A stretch of DNA of 64,000 bases from Hypanus sabinus (taxonomy: Eukaryota): the NCBI RefSeq assembly GCF_030144855.1, contig NC_082724.1:13144001-13208000 (forward strand), given 5' to 3'. A program made the position numbers and the translations under genes. Below, in pieces: positions 1 through 12,750 of the stretch; position 1 is the stretch's first letter; every line of letters starts with the position of its first letter. Under the pieces are notes generated by a model. That model searched no databases, was not told where the DNA came from, and worked only from the letters and a program-made list of their open reading frames with translations.

Positions 1-1263
1 AAAGGGAAAACAACAATCCCGACTGGTTGCATTGAGCTGGTCAACAGATCGATGAGGAAGGAAAAGGTAGATAGAGCCCAAGAGGGGCGTGAGAAGTTTA
101 TCTCAGAAGGGACGGTGTCTGTGAAGGAAGGAGAAACTACAGTTCCAGTGCAGATCTGGAGCGATACTGGGGCTGAACAGTTATTGATTTAGATGAAGAT
201 GTTAGATTTTGGTTCTGAGACTGAGACTGGGGAGGTTGTGATAAGAGGTATCGGGCAAGGGATTGAGGCCGTACCTTTGCACAAGATATTTCTGAAATGT
301 GACCTGGTATCTGGACCAGTCGAAATAGGGGTGCGGTCGAAACTGCCGATGGATGGCGTGGATGTCCTACTTGGTAACGATCTGGCAGGTGATGACGTGT
401 ATTCAGTAGTGAAATTAACAAGTAAGCCTGTAAGTGCTGCGGACCCGCCCATAGATTCCAAGATTTATCTCGCATGCGCAGTAACTCGCAGCATGTCTAG
501 AAAGGCGGCTGAGACAAGAACCTGTTTAAATGAGTCCAGTGTTGATTTAGCGGAGATGTTTTTACCGACCTTGTACCAAGAGGGGTTAGAGAGTGGTAAA
601 ACATAGAATAGTGGAGCTAAGGAAAGTAAGGGAGACGAAGCAGATTTAGTGTTGTCAAAGAACGGAATTTTGAACCTTGCCCATAAGATACACCGAGGTG
701 GACACTTAGGAGTGAGGAAGGAGGTTATAGAGGCACAGAGCCAAGATGAGAAACAGATGAGGCAGTTAGAAGGTCCAGGGTTGGACACGGATGATCTGTC
801 TGGCTTGACAGAGCTGCTTTCAGTTGAGGAATTTAGGCATGTTCCCGATGATATGAGAGCAGTCCTAGATGAAAAGGATGCCGCTACCTTGAAGGAGTCT
901 GCTGGGTTAGCAGACGAGGTTGTTTTAACCCGCAAGGTTGAGTTTACTCCGGAGGGGAGTTGCCCAGAGAGTAACTGGGAGGATCAGGGGAACTTAGAAT
1001 TTGAAAAGGGGACTGGTATTGAAAGCCTAGAAGAGGCAGATGTCCCGTTTGCTTGTGTTCAGGATGTGAAGGATGTGGAGTCACAGGGTACTGAACCTAG
1101 TGCTGAAGCTCAGAAAAAGTCTGAGATATCTGATTTAGTTGAAAAGAAATGCACTCCTTTTGGGTCAGATAGACTTGGTTCAGTGAAGAAAGGGTTAACC
1201 TTGGCACCGGGAGAAAGTGAGAATTCTCAGTCACTTGTGTTAAAAGTTACGGGGTACGTAACA
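1..1263 (+). mobile_element. Gypsy LTR retrotransposon remnant (Gmr1-like), rearranged; 5' part outside window
   Basis: Frame +1 carries aspartic protease PVQIWSDTGA (DTG at 163-171) and VLLGNDLAG, ACAVTRSM, an integrase zinc-finger start LAHKIHRGGHLGVRK, and gag-like LLSVEEF...AGLADEVVLTRK. TAG stops at 190 and 604. Ends in an LTR terminus ...ggggtacgtaaca. Confidence 0.85.
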
Positions 1264-1394
1264 GCTGTAAGAAACTGTTTCCTGTCTTTATGATCTTCAA
1301 TTCCACTAGATAATATTCATTCTTTTGTGCTACAAAATGCCATGCATCAAAATGATGTATTCCAAGTGGTTTTCTTTATACAACAAAAATTAGT

Positions 1395-1940
1395 GAATAC
1401 AACCCAATCCATTGTGGGGTAAAACCCTCCCCACTATTGAGCACATCTACATAAAACTCTACTGCAAGAAATTAGCAACCTTTACCAGGGGTCTCCACCA
1501 CCTAGGACATGTTCCCTTCTTACTGCTGCCATCAGAATGCAGATACAGGAACCTCAAGACTCACACCACCAGGTTCAGGAACAGTTCCTACCTCTCAACC
1601 ATCAGACTCTTGAACCAAAGGGGATAACATCACTCAATTTCACTTGCCCTATCACAGAAATGTTCCCACAACCAATGGACTAACTGTCAAGGATTCATCA
1701 TCTCATGTTCTCAATATTTGTTGTTTATTTATTTATTATTATTCATTCTTTCTTTTTTCATTCACATAGTTTGTTGTCTTTTGCACACTGGTTCAACGCT
1801 CAGCTTGGTATGGTCTTCCATTGATCTCATTTGGTTATTCTTCTATAGATTTATTGAGTATGCCTACAGGAAAATGACCTCAGGGTTGTAAGTGGTGACA
1901 TATGTGTACTTTGGTAATAAATTCACTTTGGACTTTTAAA
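1395..1940 (+). mobile_element. Rex1/Babar-like LINE, 3' fragment
   Basis: HHLGHVPFLLLPSECRYRNLKTHTTRFRNSSY C-terminal motif, 3' UTR and aataaattcactttg tail. Confidence 0.8.
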
Positions 1941-3299
1941 TTTCTTTTACTTGTTATACAGTCCTTTATAAATCATTGGGTCAGATTCTTGTCTTTAATT
2001 TGAAAAAAATTTGACTGCCAGTGGCCAAGGGAAAATATGAACCTTGCGTCTGAAGTTCACTGCTGTTTTTCTGTTCCTACATGGATCCCTTTCCCTCCAC
2101 CTCTGCTGTTGCCTTTTCCTCATTCACTATTTGGATATGTTATCAGGAAGATAGAACTCGTTCATTTCATTAATTTAATTCCCATTTGCTCCAACTAAAA
2201 TTATTGCATGGTCTTCTGTGTGATAGTTAATTCAGTGTAGTAATGATACATGTAATTAGGTCAGGCAAGAGAGTGAAGAACTCAAGTAAAAGTTATCTTT
2301 CAGTCCAATCTTTCTCTTACTTATATAGGTCATGATCTGTTATTGCCTACAATGCTGCTCCTTTAACTTCACACTGCAAAATCACCAGAAGTGTATGATC
2401 AGGCATGAATGAGGTCCTTGACGGCAACATCCCAGTGGTAGCTTGTTGCAAAACTATGTGTACCCTCCCCCCACTCCACAAAATTTGCTGAAGCTGTGAG
2501 GGAGACAAGCGCTGGGAGAAAGTCTTGCCACATTGCTAATCTGCCTAGGAGGAGAATTGAACTTATTTTGTTTCTCCCATAAGATATCCTTTAAAGGCAC
2601 ATGTGAGGGACCAGTGGAAAATCTTCAGCAGTTTATGCTTCGACCTTGTCTATGTATGTGGCCTATTGTGGCAAACATTTTCTCTAATGGTGTTAAAGCT
2701 CGATATAAATGTGACATTTCATGCTACTTGTGAATTATTTAACAGCTGTACTGACAATAAATGATGTTATATATACTCCTGCAAAGTGCCCTGGGAGGTT
2801 TTGCCATAATGGAAGTCTATATATAAATGTAAGTTGTTGCATCAATCTCTGACTGCTACCTTTCAGGAGATCTGTGACATCACGAAGTCTGAGTGCCAGT
2901 GGCAAATATTTCAAGCACGAGTTCCTATTATCTCAGATGAAACAATGTGAAACTATTTTGAATCACATTTCTCTGAAATGCCTTGGATAGGAGTTGTACT
3001 TGGATCTAATGCATGCTATATTTACATAAAATAAAGCCTACAATCAGACCGGAAAATGAAGGGCAAAAATTAAAACTGATTAACAACTTTGGAGAATCTC
3101 CCCATTAGTTGATCACCAATTAGCTGTCCCAGAATAGGAAAACACAGAGTTCAATTTCTTAATCATACTGCAAAATATAAAGCAGAAAATCTGTCAGTAA
3201 AACCTGAGGACTTTGGCTGCAGCAATCTGTTTCCATTTGCCAATGGGTTAGTTGATTTGCTGTTGAATCTGAAGCTTATCGAAAAAGTAATTGAGATCA

Positions 3300-4430
3300 T
3301 GCTAGATACCCCCTACAATTCGCCTACCGACACAGCCGATCAACAGACGACACAACAGCCACTGTTCTACACACCGTCCTTACACATCTGGAGAAGAAGA
3401 ATGCTTATGTGAGAATGCTCTTCTTGGACTACAGTTCAGCACTCAACACTATAATTCCATCCAGGCTCGACAGGAAGCTCAGAGACCTCGGGCTTGACCC
3501 TGCCTTGTTCAGCTGGATCATGAACTTCCTGTCAGATCACCATAGGTGGTAAGAGTGGGCTCCCTCACTTCCACCCCTCTGACTCTCAACACAGGAACCC
3601 CTCCTTTACTCCCTGTATACCCATGACTGTGCCGCCACCCCAGCTCTAAACTGTTAATTAAATTTGCTGATGACACTACATTGATTGGCCTATTCTCAAA
3701 CAATAATGAGGTGGCCTACAGGGAAGAAGTTGTCTCTCTGACACAGTGGTGTCAAGAAAACAACCTCTCCCTCAGAGTCACAAAAACAAAGGAGCTGGTT
3801 GTGGACTACAGGAGGAATGGAGACAGGCTAACCCCTACTGACATCAATGGATTTGGGGTTGAGAGGGTAAATAGCTTTATGTTCCTCAGCATCCACATCA
3901 CCGAGGACCTCACATGGTCTGTACATACCGGCTGTGTGATGAAAAAGGCACAACAGCACCTCTTTCACCTCAGATTGTTGAGGAAGTTTGGTATGGACCC
4001 CAAATCCTAAGAACTTCCTGCAGGGGCACAATTAAGAGCATTCTGACTGGCTGCATCACTGCCTGGAATGGGAACTGTACTTCCTTAATTGCAGAATTCT
4101 GCAGAGAGTGGTGCAGACAACCCTGCGCATCTGTGGATGTGAACTTCACATGACTCAGGTCATTTACAAAGACAGGTTTGAGAAAAGAGCCCGAAATATC
4201 ATTGGGGACCTGAGTCACTTCAACCACAACCTGTTCCAGCTGCTGCCATCTGGGAAATGGTACCACAGCATAAAAGCCAGGTCCAGCAGGCTCTGGGACA
4301 GCTTCTTACACGAAGCCATCAGACTAATTACCTCACACTGATTTGAGTGTATTTCTATGTTACATTAACGGTTCTATTTATTATAAATTATTATAAATTA
4401 CTATGATTGCATATTGTACATTTAGACCAG
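3300..4430 (+). mobile_element. Rex1/Babar-like LINE, RT to 3' end, degenerate
   Basis: YVRMLFLDYSSALNTI, KFADDTT, TKTKELVVDYRR, KAQQHLFHLRLLRKFG, SILTGCITAW and LLPSGKWY motifs, split by frameshifts. Confidence 0.88.
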
Positions 4431-4607
4431 GTGTGACCATAATTTAGTTGAAAACTCTGTTAGAAGTCCAATTCTATTATGAATTTTTGACCATGGTTGT
4501 TTTAGTTCATGATTATTGTGGAAGAATATTAAAGAAAATTAGGTCAAGATAGACCCACCCCAAATGATGCCAAGTTTCAAATTATTTGGAAATAATAATA
4601 TATAAAT

Positions 4608-4687
4608 CAGTATTTCCCAACCTTTTTTATGCCAATAACTCCTACACTTAACTGAGGGGTCCATCAACCCTAGGTTGGGAACTCCTG
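4608..4687. mobile_element. 80-bp hAT/Charlie-type MITE
   Basis: Terminal inverted repeats cagtatttcccaacct / aggttgggaactcctg; near-perfect 8-bp TSD atataaat (4600-4607) / atctaaat (4688-4695). Confidence 0.75.
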
Positions 4688-4839
4688 ATCTAAATGTTCT
4701 TAAAAGAAAATGGTTTTAAAAAAGTAAAATATTATTTTTAAAATATGTGAAAGAGTTTTGTTTCAATGAAATATAGATACTTTAACTTGGCTAGACCATT
4801 CCATAATGCGCAACAAGCATTTTTGGAAATGGATGTAGA

Positions 4840-4985
4840 AAGGATACTTCATAGTGTGGTAAGTCTAGAAACAGGTAACACAGCCTCAGAATAGAGGGAT
4901 GTCCCTTTAGAACAGATAACAGGAGGAATTTCTTTAGCCAGAGGGTGGGGAGTCTTTGGGATTCTTTGCCGCAGAGAACTGAGAA
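4840..4985 (+). mobile_element. CR1 LINE fragment
   Basis: Resembles the CR1 ORF2 C-terminal segment (SRxRGHSLRI...FFSQRV). Confidence 0.6.
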
Positions 4986-4994
4986 GCCCAAGCC

Positions 4995-6660
4995 AAAGTT
5001 CAAAGTAAATTTATTATCTAAGTATATATATGGCACCATGTACAATGCTGAGATTCTTTTTCTTGTGGGCATACTCAATAATCTTATAAGAATAATAACC
5101 ATAACAGAATTAATAAAAGAATGTCCAACTTGGGTGTCCAACCAGACTGCAGAAGAATATAATCTGTGCAAACTTCTAAGAAAAGAAGTAATAATAATAA
5201 AATAAATAAATAAGCAATAAATAGAGAACGTGAGATGAAGAGTCCTTGGAAGTGAATCCATAGGTTGTGGGAACAGTTCAGTGATGGGCAAATGGAATGA
5301 ACTTATCCCCTTTGGTTCAAGAGCCTGATAGTTGAGGGTAATAACTGTTCCTGATCCTAGTGGTGTGAGTCCTGAGGCTCATGTACTATCTTCCTGATAG
5401 CAGCAGTGAGGAGAGAGCATGTCTTGGCTGGTGGGGGTCCCTAACAATGAACGCTGCTTTCCTGCAACAGCTTTTCATGTAGATATGGATAATGGTTGAG
5501 AGTTTTTTACCCAGACGTAATGGTCTGGGCCGTATCCATTATGTTTTGTAGGATTTTCCATTCAAGGGCATTTGGTGTTTCCATACCAGGCTGTGATGCA
5601 GTTGGTCAATATACTCTCCACCATGTGTCTATAGAAGTTTGTCGAAGTTTTAGATGTCATGCCAAATGTCTGCAAAGTCCTGAGGAAGTAGAGGCGCTGC
5701 TCTGCTTTCTTCATAACTGATGGGCCCGGAACAAGTCCTCCAAAATAATGACTCCAAAGAATTTAAAGTTGCCATCCCTCCCTCTCCACCTCTGAAGACA
5801 AAATGAGGACTGGCTTATGGACCTCTAGTTTCCTTCTCTTGAAGTCAATAATCAGTCTTGCTGACATTGAGTAAGAGGCTGGTGATATGGTACCAAGCAG
5901 CCAGATTTTCAATCTCCCTCTTATATGCTGATTCATTGCTACCTTTGATTCAGTCTACGACAGTGGCATTGAATGTGATATTGGAGCTGTGCTTAGTCAC
6001 ACAGTTATAATTGTAAAGTGAGAAGAGCAGGGGGCTAAACACACAGACCTGGGTGTGATACACCTACGCTGATGGAGTTGGTGGAAGAGATGATGTTGCC
6101 AATCTAAACTGATTGGCGTCTGCAAGTGAGGAAAACTAGGATCCAATTGCATGAGGATGTATTGAAGCCAAGGTCCTGGACTTTTTTGATTATGTTTGCA
6201 GGGATGATAGTATTGAATGTTGAGATGTAGTCTATAAAGAGCACCCTGATACACGTATTTTCTCAGTCCAGATGTTTCAGGGTTGAATGAAGAGCCTATG
6301 AGATAGCATCTGTGGTGGGCCTGTTGTTCCAGAGCTAAACTGGAGTGGATCTAAGTTGATGCTCAATCAGAGGGTGACATGTTTCATCACCATCCTCTCA
6401 AAACATGTTAACACTGTGGATGTAGGTGTTATCTCCCTCAGGAATGCTGCTCGCATGTCAGCTTCAGAGACTGAAATCACAGGTTCTTTGGGCGACGTGG
6501 GAGTTTGTGATGGTTCCTCCACCACAAAGTGGTCAAAGGGAGCATAGAAGGCACTAAGCTCATCTGGAAGCAAAGCCCTGTTTTTGCTTATGTCACTTGA
6601 TTTAACTTCATAGCGGGTGATATTATTCAAGCCCTGCCGTAATTGTCGAGCATCCTTCAG
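4995..6660 (-). mobile_element. Rex1/Babar-like LINE, internally deleted
   Basis: Minus-strand (CTTTGAA)n-type tail at ~4995; motifs ARQLRQGLNNIT, LPDELSAFYAPFD, CFERMVMKH and SVCLAPCS. Confidence 0.82.
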
Positions 6661-6664
6661 TTGG

Positions 6665-6830
6665 GTCTTTTTAAAGTGGAGGTTGATAGGTTCTTGATAG
6701 GGAAGGGAATCAAAGGCTACAGGGAGAAGGCAGGAGAATGCCGTTGAAAGGCATAATAAATCAGCCATGATGGAATGGTAGAGCAGACTTGATGGGCCAA
6801 ATGGCCTAATTCTGCTGCTACGTCTTACGG
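6665..6830 (+). mobile_element. CR1 LINE 3' end
   Basis: 3' UTR tcagccatgatggaatgg...gggccaaatggcctaattctgct, shared with other CR1 copies in the window. Confidence 0.7.
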
Positions 6831-8657
6831 AAATAAATGAACACAGTTTGCAGCACATAAAATGAAATTACCTTTCATGTTTTCAAATAACAAATGCCAA
6901 TAATGAAATGGAGAGTGATACTTGAGGCACACTCTCCCATGTTAATCACACATGTTATTGTTGTTATACTGGTGCAGTACATGTTACTTTAAAATGTCAT
7001 TCTGGGAAGACTTTGTAACTCTAGACAATAAATAAGGACAGTGTCCTTTTTAATTGGTGCAAAGATAGCAGTGGTATCGTTTTGCAGAAAATGTATACTG
7101 GATTTCATTTCTGAATGGTCTAAAGTTTGTTGCATGATTCAGTTCTATTTGTAGTTCACCAGAGTGTTAAATAATGAATTAGAGTGGGTGATAAATCTTT
7201 GTTTTATCAGTGAAATTTTAATTAGTGATTTATCATGCGAGTTAGTAGGGCGTAACTTGTGTATATTTTTGAATTTCACCTTTATCTGTTGCTTTAATTG
7301 CAAGAATGCCAACTTACAGTGTATTTATCATTAGACCAGACGCTTTTAGGGACTAATTGTACTCTTTACTGGAAGGATATGTGCAACATTGTACATTCAT
7401 TTTGTTGTATCAGTGACCCGGTTTGAGCTCCGCTTTAATGAGACTTGGCTTCAATAAGGTGTGAATCCCAGAAGTCGAAGCTCTTTGTGTGATTAATGAG
7501 AATTTGCAAAGGACACAGAGTTATTATGTATGTGCTACCTGTACTCGGGTTCTTGCTGCATTGCAGCTATTGGAAAAGATGAATTCAGCTGATAGCTTCT
7601 GAGGCTGCAGTGTCCCATTTTTTTTTTCTGATCTGCAGGTATGACCTAAAGAACACTGTGAAAACATTTCCTTCCTAATACTCTCTTTCTTTTGGGGGGG
7701 GGGGGGTGGGAATTATATTTCATCTATCCCGTTTGGAAGCGATCTCTGTAACGCATAGGGGTGCTGCTGCTGCCCTCCACAATTAAGGAACTGGATTCCA
7801 TGATTGGCATGAATTTGAACTGAAGTCGGCAAGCCCTCACAACACTGGCTTTCGGAAGCCTGCCCGTGAGAAGGATAAATAATGAATTCTAATTAATCTG
7901 TAAATAAACCGTTTTCAAGGTCATTATTCTTCCTTCTCTCCTAGTGCAGAGATCTTGATTCAAATACTTTGTCATTCTGGATCAGTGCTGATTTAACAGC
8001 ACAGTAGCTGAAAACGATTACTTTCAGCAGTGCTGCATATCCCTACCTCCTAGTGGCTGGTTACAGAGCAGCAGCCAAAATACATTTGCAGTCAGCTACC
8101 TTGCTGTCTTCTGTGCACTCAGGACACTTAAAAGGCAATATGCTGACAAATGTTTCAAAAAAAGGACCTGCCTACCTAATGGCATATTTGAGGGGATGCT
8201 ACTTTGCTGGTGCCAAGTATTCTTTTTTAACCTAAATTTAAAGAAAAATGAAACACAGGAGCAAGAGAAAACTATCTGGCCCCTTCAGCCTGGTCTGCCA
8301 TCCAAGAAAATCAAAACTGATTTTCTTTTTGGGTGCTGTATCCCTGTACTGTGCTCTATTCACTCATTCCTTAAATATGCAGATATCTATCCACTTTGTT
8401 TTATGAAAGAATTCTGTGGCTGATCTGTCAAAGTCCTCCGGGGCAAAAAATTCGAAAGCCTCACCAGATCGTGTGTGAACAAATTTATCCTTGTCTTATC
8501 CTGACCTACCCTCTGTTCTGACACTTTGGCCACTAATTCTAGAGCTCTCAGATAGCTAGCAAGACCTGTATGATCGTATTAAACCAGCATGAAAACACAA
8601 AGGATTACAGCCCTTGTCTACTCAGTCTCTCTGTATGACAAAATAGTCATCCCTGGA

Positions 8658-9216
8658 ACAACAACACACACAAGATGCTGGTGGAACACAGCAGGCCAGG
8701 CAGCATCTATAGGGAGAAGCGCTGTCAACGTTTCGGGCTGAGACCCTTTGTCAGGACTAACTGAAAGGAAAGATAGTAAGAGATTTGGAAGTAGTGTGGG
8801 TAGGGGGAAATGTGAAATGATAGGAGAAGACCGGAGGGGGCGGGATGAAGCTAAGAGCTGGAAAGGTGATTGGCGAAAGTGATACAGAGCTGGAGAAGGG
8901 AAAGGATCATGGGACGGGAGGCCTCAGGAGAAAGAAAGGGGGTGGGGAGCACCGGAGAGAGATTGAGAACAGGCAAACAACTAGCATCCCACTTCCTCTG
9001 GTCTTCTATCATTTCGCATTTCCCCCTCCCCTCCACTACTTTCAAATCTCTTACTATCTTTCCTTTTGGTTAGTCCTGACGAAGGGTCTCGGCCCGAAAG
9101 GTCGACAGCGCTTCTCCTTATAGCTGCTGCCTGGCCTGCTGCGTTCTACCAGCATTTTGTGTGTGTTGTTGTTTGAATTTCCAGCATCTGCAGATTTCCT
9201 CGTGTTTGCTCTTTAA
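8658..9216. mobile_element. Penelope-like element insertion with ~180-bp inverted arms, inside an old minus-strand CR1
   Basis: Arm ~8658-8837 is the reverse complement of ~8994-9170; TSD agtcatccctgga (8645-8657) / agttatccctgga (9217-9229). Confidence 0.85.
9071..9108 (+). ncRNA. Minimal hammerhead-ribozyme-like motif in a Penelope terminus
   Basis: tagtc CTGACGA a GGGT-ctcg-GCCC GAAA g GTC gac: CUGANGA core, stem II, GAAA, GUC triplet and stem I gtc/gac. Stem III has a C>G mismatch, so activity is uncertain. Confidence 0.65.
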
Positions 9217-9852
9217 AGTTATCCCTGGATTTGGTTTAATAAATCTTTCCTGCATTCTCTCTATGGCAACTATATCCTTTCTTTATGTAAAGAATTCAAA
9301 ACAACTTACTGTACTTATTTGTAGGCTTGCCACGATCTAAAATAAATGCAGTGAAGCATCTTTATTTTTATGGTCAAATCCTTTCGTAATAAAGGTAAAC
9401 ATAACATTTGCCTTTTGGAATTACTTCTTGTACCTGTGAGCTGACTTGTATACATTGGCACCAAAGAGCCTTTTGTCTTTGAACATCTCATCATTCAAGA
9501 AATATTCTGCTTTACTTGCCAAGTGTTTTTTTTAAATGGGAAGGAAAAGATGGCACTTTGTTTTAGTTTCTGTTCTGGGAAAGAGTCCTTGAGTAGAACA
9601 AAAAGGAGGAGCCTGTAACATCTGGTGATTTAGTGATTCAAAGTTTGATTTGTTTCTGCTCATACTTTTGACTTATTGATCTTACTTTGGTATTTTTGGG
9701 CTATTTATTGTTAAATTTGGGTTCAATTACGTGTCCTTTTGAAATGTTATTTAAAGCCTTGTAAATGGTTGTACCACCAAATTTGCCTTTTAACTCTCAA
9801 CAGTAAATTTGATTCATTCCTATTGGTGTCTTTCCAAAAGACATCTGAAATT

Positions 9853-10405
9853 CCAAGTTCAAAGTAAACTTTATTATCAAAGTACATAAATGTAACCATA
9901 TACAACCCCGAGACTCAATTTCCTTTGGGCATACTCAGTAAAATACAGAATAGTAACTGCAACAGGATCAATGAAAGATCAACCAGAGTGCAGAAGACAA
10001 CAAGCTGCAAATGCGAATATAAATAAATAGAAATAAGTAACATGAACATGAGATAATGAGAGGGAGTCCTTAAAGTGAGATCAATGATTGTAGGAACATT
10101 TCAATTATGGGGCAAGTGAGTGTAGTTATCCCCTTTTATTAAAGAGCCTTATGGTTGAACAGTAGGAAATATTCTTTAATTCAGTGGTGTGAGTCCTGAA
10201 GCTCTTTTACCTTCTACCTGATGGCAGCGGTGATAAAATAACAAGACCTGGGTGGTGGGTAATCTTGATGATGGATGCTTCTTTCCTGCGACAACATTTC
10301 GTGTAGATGTGCTCAATGTTAGAGAGGGCTTTAGCCGTGGTGGAGTTGGCCGAATCCAGTCCCATTTGTAGGATTCTCTGTTCAAAAGCATTGGAGTCTC
10401 CATAC
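9853..10405 (-). mobile_element. Rex1/Babar-like LINE 3' fragment
   Basis: Tail caagttcaaagtaaactttattatc on the + strand; C-terminal motifs as in other copies. Confidence 0.8.
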
Positions 10406-11178
10406 TAGTGCCTTTGAGAATAATTTGGGAATTTGGGAATAATTATTCAAATAACTGTACACTAGGAAATCAGTGCTATTTGAAATGAAATCAGGCCTCC
10501 AAACAATGCAAACCCAGTGAGAAATGAGTTAGTTGATAAATGGAACACAAGTATGGATTGCTGTGTCATGAAACAAATTTTATATATAATACAAACTTGA
10601 CCAGTTTGTATTTATATAAAAAAATACCCAGGTTCATTATATTTCCAGGACCAATAACATGTTTGCCATTTTCAGGATCAGAGTGTGTCAAAATAATTTA
10701 AACTTTAAATATTATGTTATTTTTGTCTGACCTGAATTTCTAAGCCATATATTTGACTTAAATTTGAATAGAACTGATTTTCAGAGATAGAGTGCAAAAT
10801 TCATATGCTGTGGTATTGTTCTATTAACCCTTACAATTAGTCAAGAATTTTCTGTTATTCTGTGTGGTATTTTATGTTTTATAACTCCAAACTACAAAAA
10901 AAAACCTAACTAAAAAAAGAGCCAAGAGATAATTTGTGTACGTAAATTTCTTGTACTTTTAAACAATGCATGCATGTATCAAGTGGTGGTGTGAAGACAT
11001 ATGCCATTTACGAACTTTTACATATAACCCACAATGCATTATGTAGACAACTAAGAATGCTTAATCAAACTATATTTACAATATTATTCAAATATTACTG
11101 AAATATTAAATACATAACACTCCTCATTGTTTAGCTATAATATCCAATTCAATATCAAATGCATCTTAAGTTGTATAC

Positions 11179-12680
11179 CTGTAATATGCAAATATCTCAG
11201 ACACATGTAAATAAATTCTCTAAAGCAAAGGTGCTTTCAAAAATAATGAATGTTTCTAAATATTAAAAAAACTATAAAGAACAATAAACAGTAAAAAAAA
11301 AATCAAATCAATACTTGGTGTGACCACTCTTTGCCTTTAAAACTGCATTAGTTCTTTTAGGTAAACTGTTGTGCAGTTTTACAAGAAAATCAGCTGATGG
11401 GTTAATCCAAGCATCTTGGAGAACTTGCCACAGTTCTTCTGCAGAGCTTTGGCTGTCTCACTTGCTTCTGTGTCTTTCAGTTATCCCAGACAGCCCTGAT
11501 GATGTTGAGCTCATGCCCCTGTGGAGGCCACACCATCTGTTGCAGAACTCCTTGTACTTTTGGCTGAAGATAGTTCTTTATGACCCTGGACGTGTGTTTG
11601 GGGTCATTGTCCTGCTGCAGAATGAAGTTGCGACCGATCAGATGCCTCCCTAATGGTATTGCATGATGGATGAGTATCTCCTTGTACTTCTCAGCATTGA
11701 GGATTCCACTAATTCTGACCAGATCACCAAATACATTTACAGAAATGCAGCCCAAAGCTACCGGGAACGTGTGCCATGCTTCACTTTGGCTGCAGATATT
11801 CTCCAGCTCTTCCACCTCCTGTTTCTAATTTTGTCTCATCAGTCCAGAGTACTGGCTGGATTCAACATCTTATTACTTGTACTTTTGCATGGAGGTGAGT
11901 CTCATGGCTTTGTTGCTAATTGGGAGCAATGGCAGCAACTCTTCTATGAAGACCACTTCTGACAAGACTTTCTCCGAACTGTAGAGGAGCGTATTTAGCT
12001 GCTAAAGGTTTCTGTGAATTCAGAGCTGATAGCAGTGCTGGAATTCTTCCGATTTAGAAGGGATGACAGTTTGATGTATGTCTCGTTTGCTGCACTCAGT
12101 TTCCACAGCTAACCACTGTATTTCTGGTCCTCAGCCTTGTCTGGTTCCTTGTGCTTCTTCAGAAGAACTTGGACAACACATCTTGAAACTCCTGTTGGCC
12201 TCGAAGTTTCTGCTTGAGAGAGACCTTTCTGATACAGGATGACCATCTGGTGTCCTGTTGCTATGCGCACTCTTGCCATAGTGTAAGAATTGATGATTTG
12301 AAGGTTAAACTATCACATCCGTCAACCCTCACCTTTTAGTTTGGTTGTCCTTTGCTCAAATTGATTCCATCAGTTTAGTTCACTCAGCTCATTATGTCAT
12401 TGATCATTAGCATCCTGTTTATTATCTATGTTTAATCATACACTGGGCTATATACCTACAAAGTCATCATTTTTTTTATTTAGAAAGCGCTCTGTTACTT
12501 AATATTTTACTTTCTTTAACAAAATACAAAAATTTCTCTGTAACATTTAATGTTTTGGAAAAGGAATGTTTGGAAATGTAAGGTTTTTTCTCTACTGACA
12601 CACTAATGCAGAAGACAAAAGATAAATAACTAAAACAAAATTTACATTAAAAATCTAGAGTGCCTAAGACTATTGCGCTG

Positions 12681-12685
<5 letters not shown>
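11179..12685 (-). mobile_element. Tc1/mariner DNA transposon, degenerate, nested in the Gypsy element
   Basis: Transposase motifs GILNAEKYKEIL, FILQQDNDPKHTS and WPPQGHELNII (11477-11815). Right terminus reads cagtacagcgcaatagtcttaggcac on the minus strand; the left counterpart is degenerate (~16/26). Confidence 0.88.
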
Positions 12686-12722
<37 letters not shown>

Positions 12723-12750
12723 ATTTATTTATATATATATATATATATAT
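12684..12750. repeat. (TG)n and (TA)n microsatellites
   Basis: About 17 TG units followed by about 10 TA units at the Tc1 end. Confidence 0.95.

Noticed and set aside
649-1293. 214-aa ORF as a domesticated host gene
   Set aside because: It has a non-ATG start, an upstream in-frame stop, no splice evidence, and runs through an LTR terminus; it is treated as part of the retroelement.
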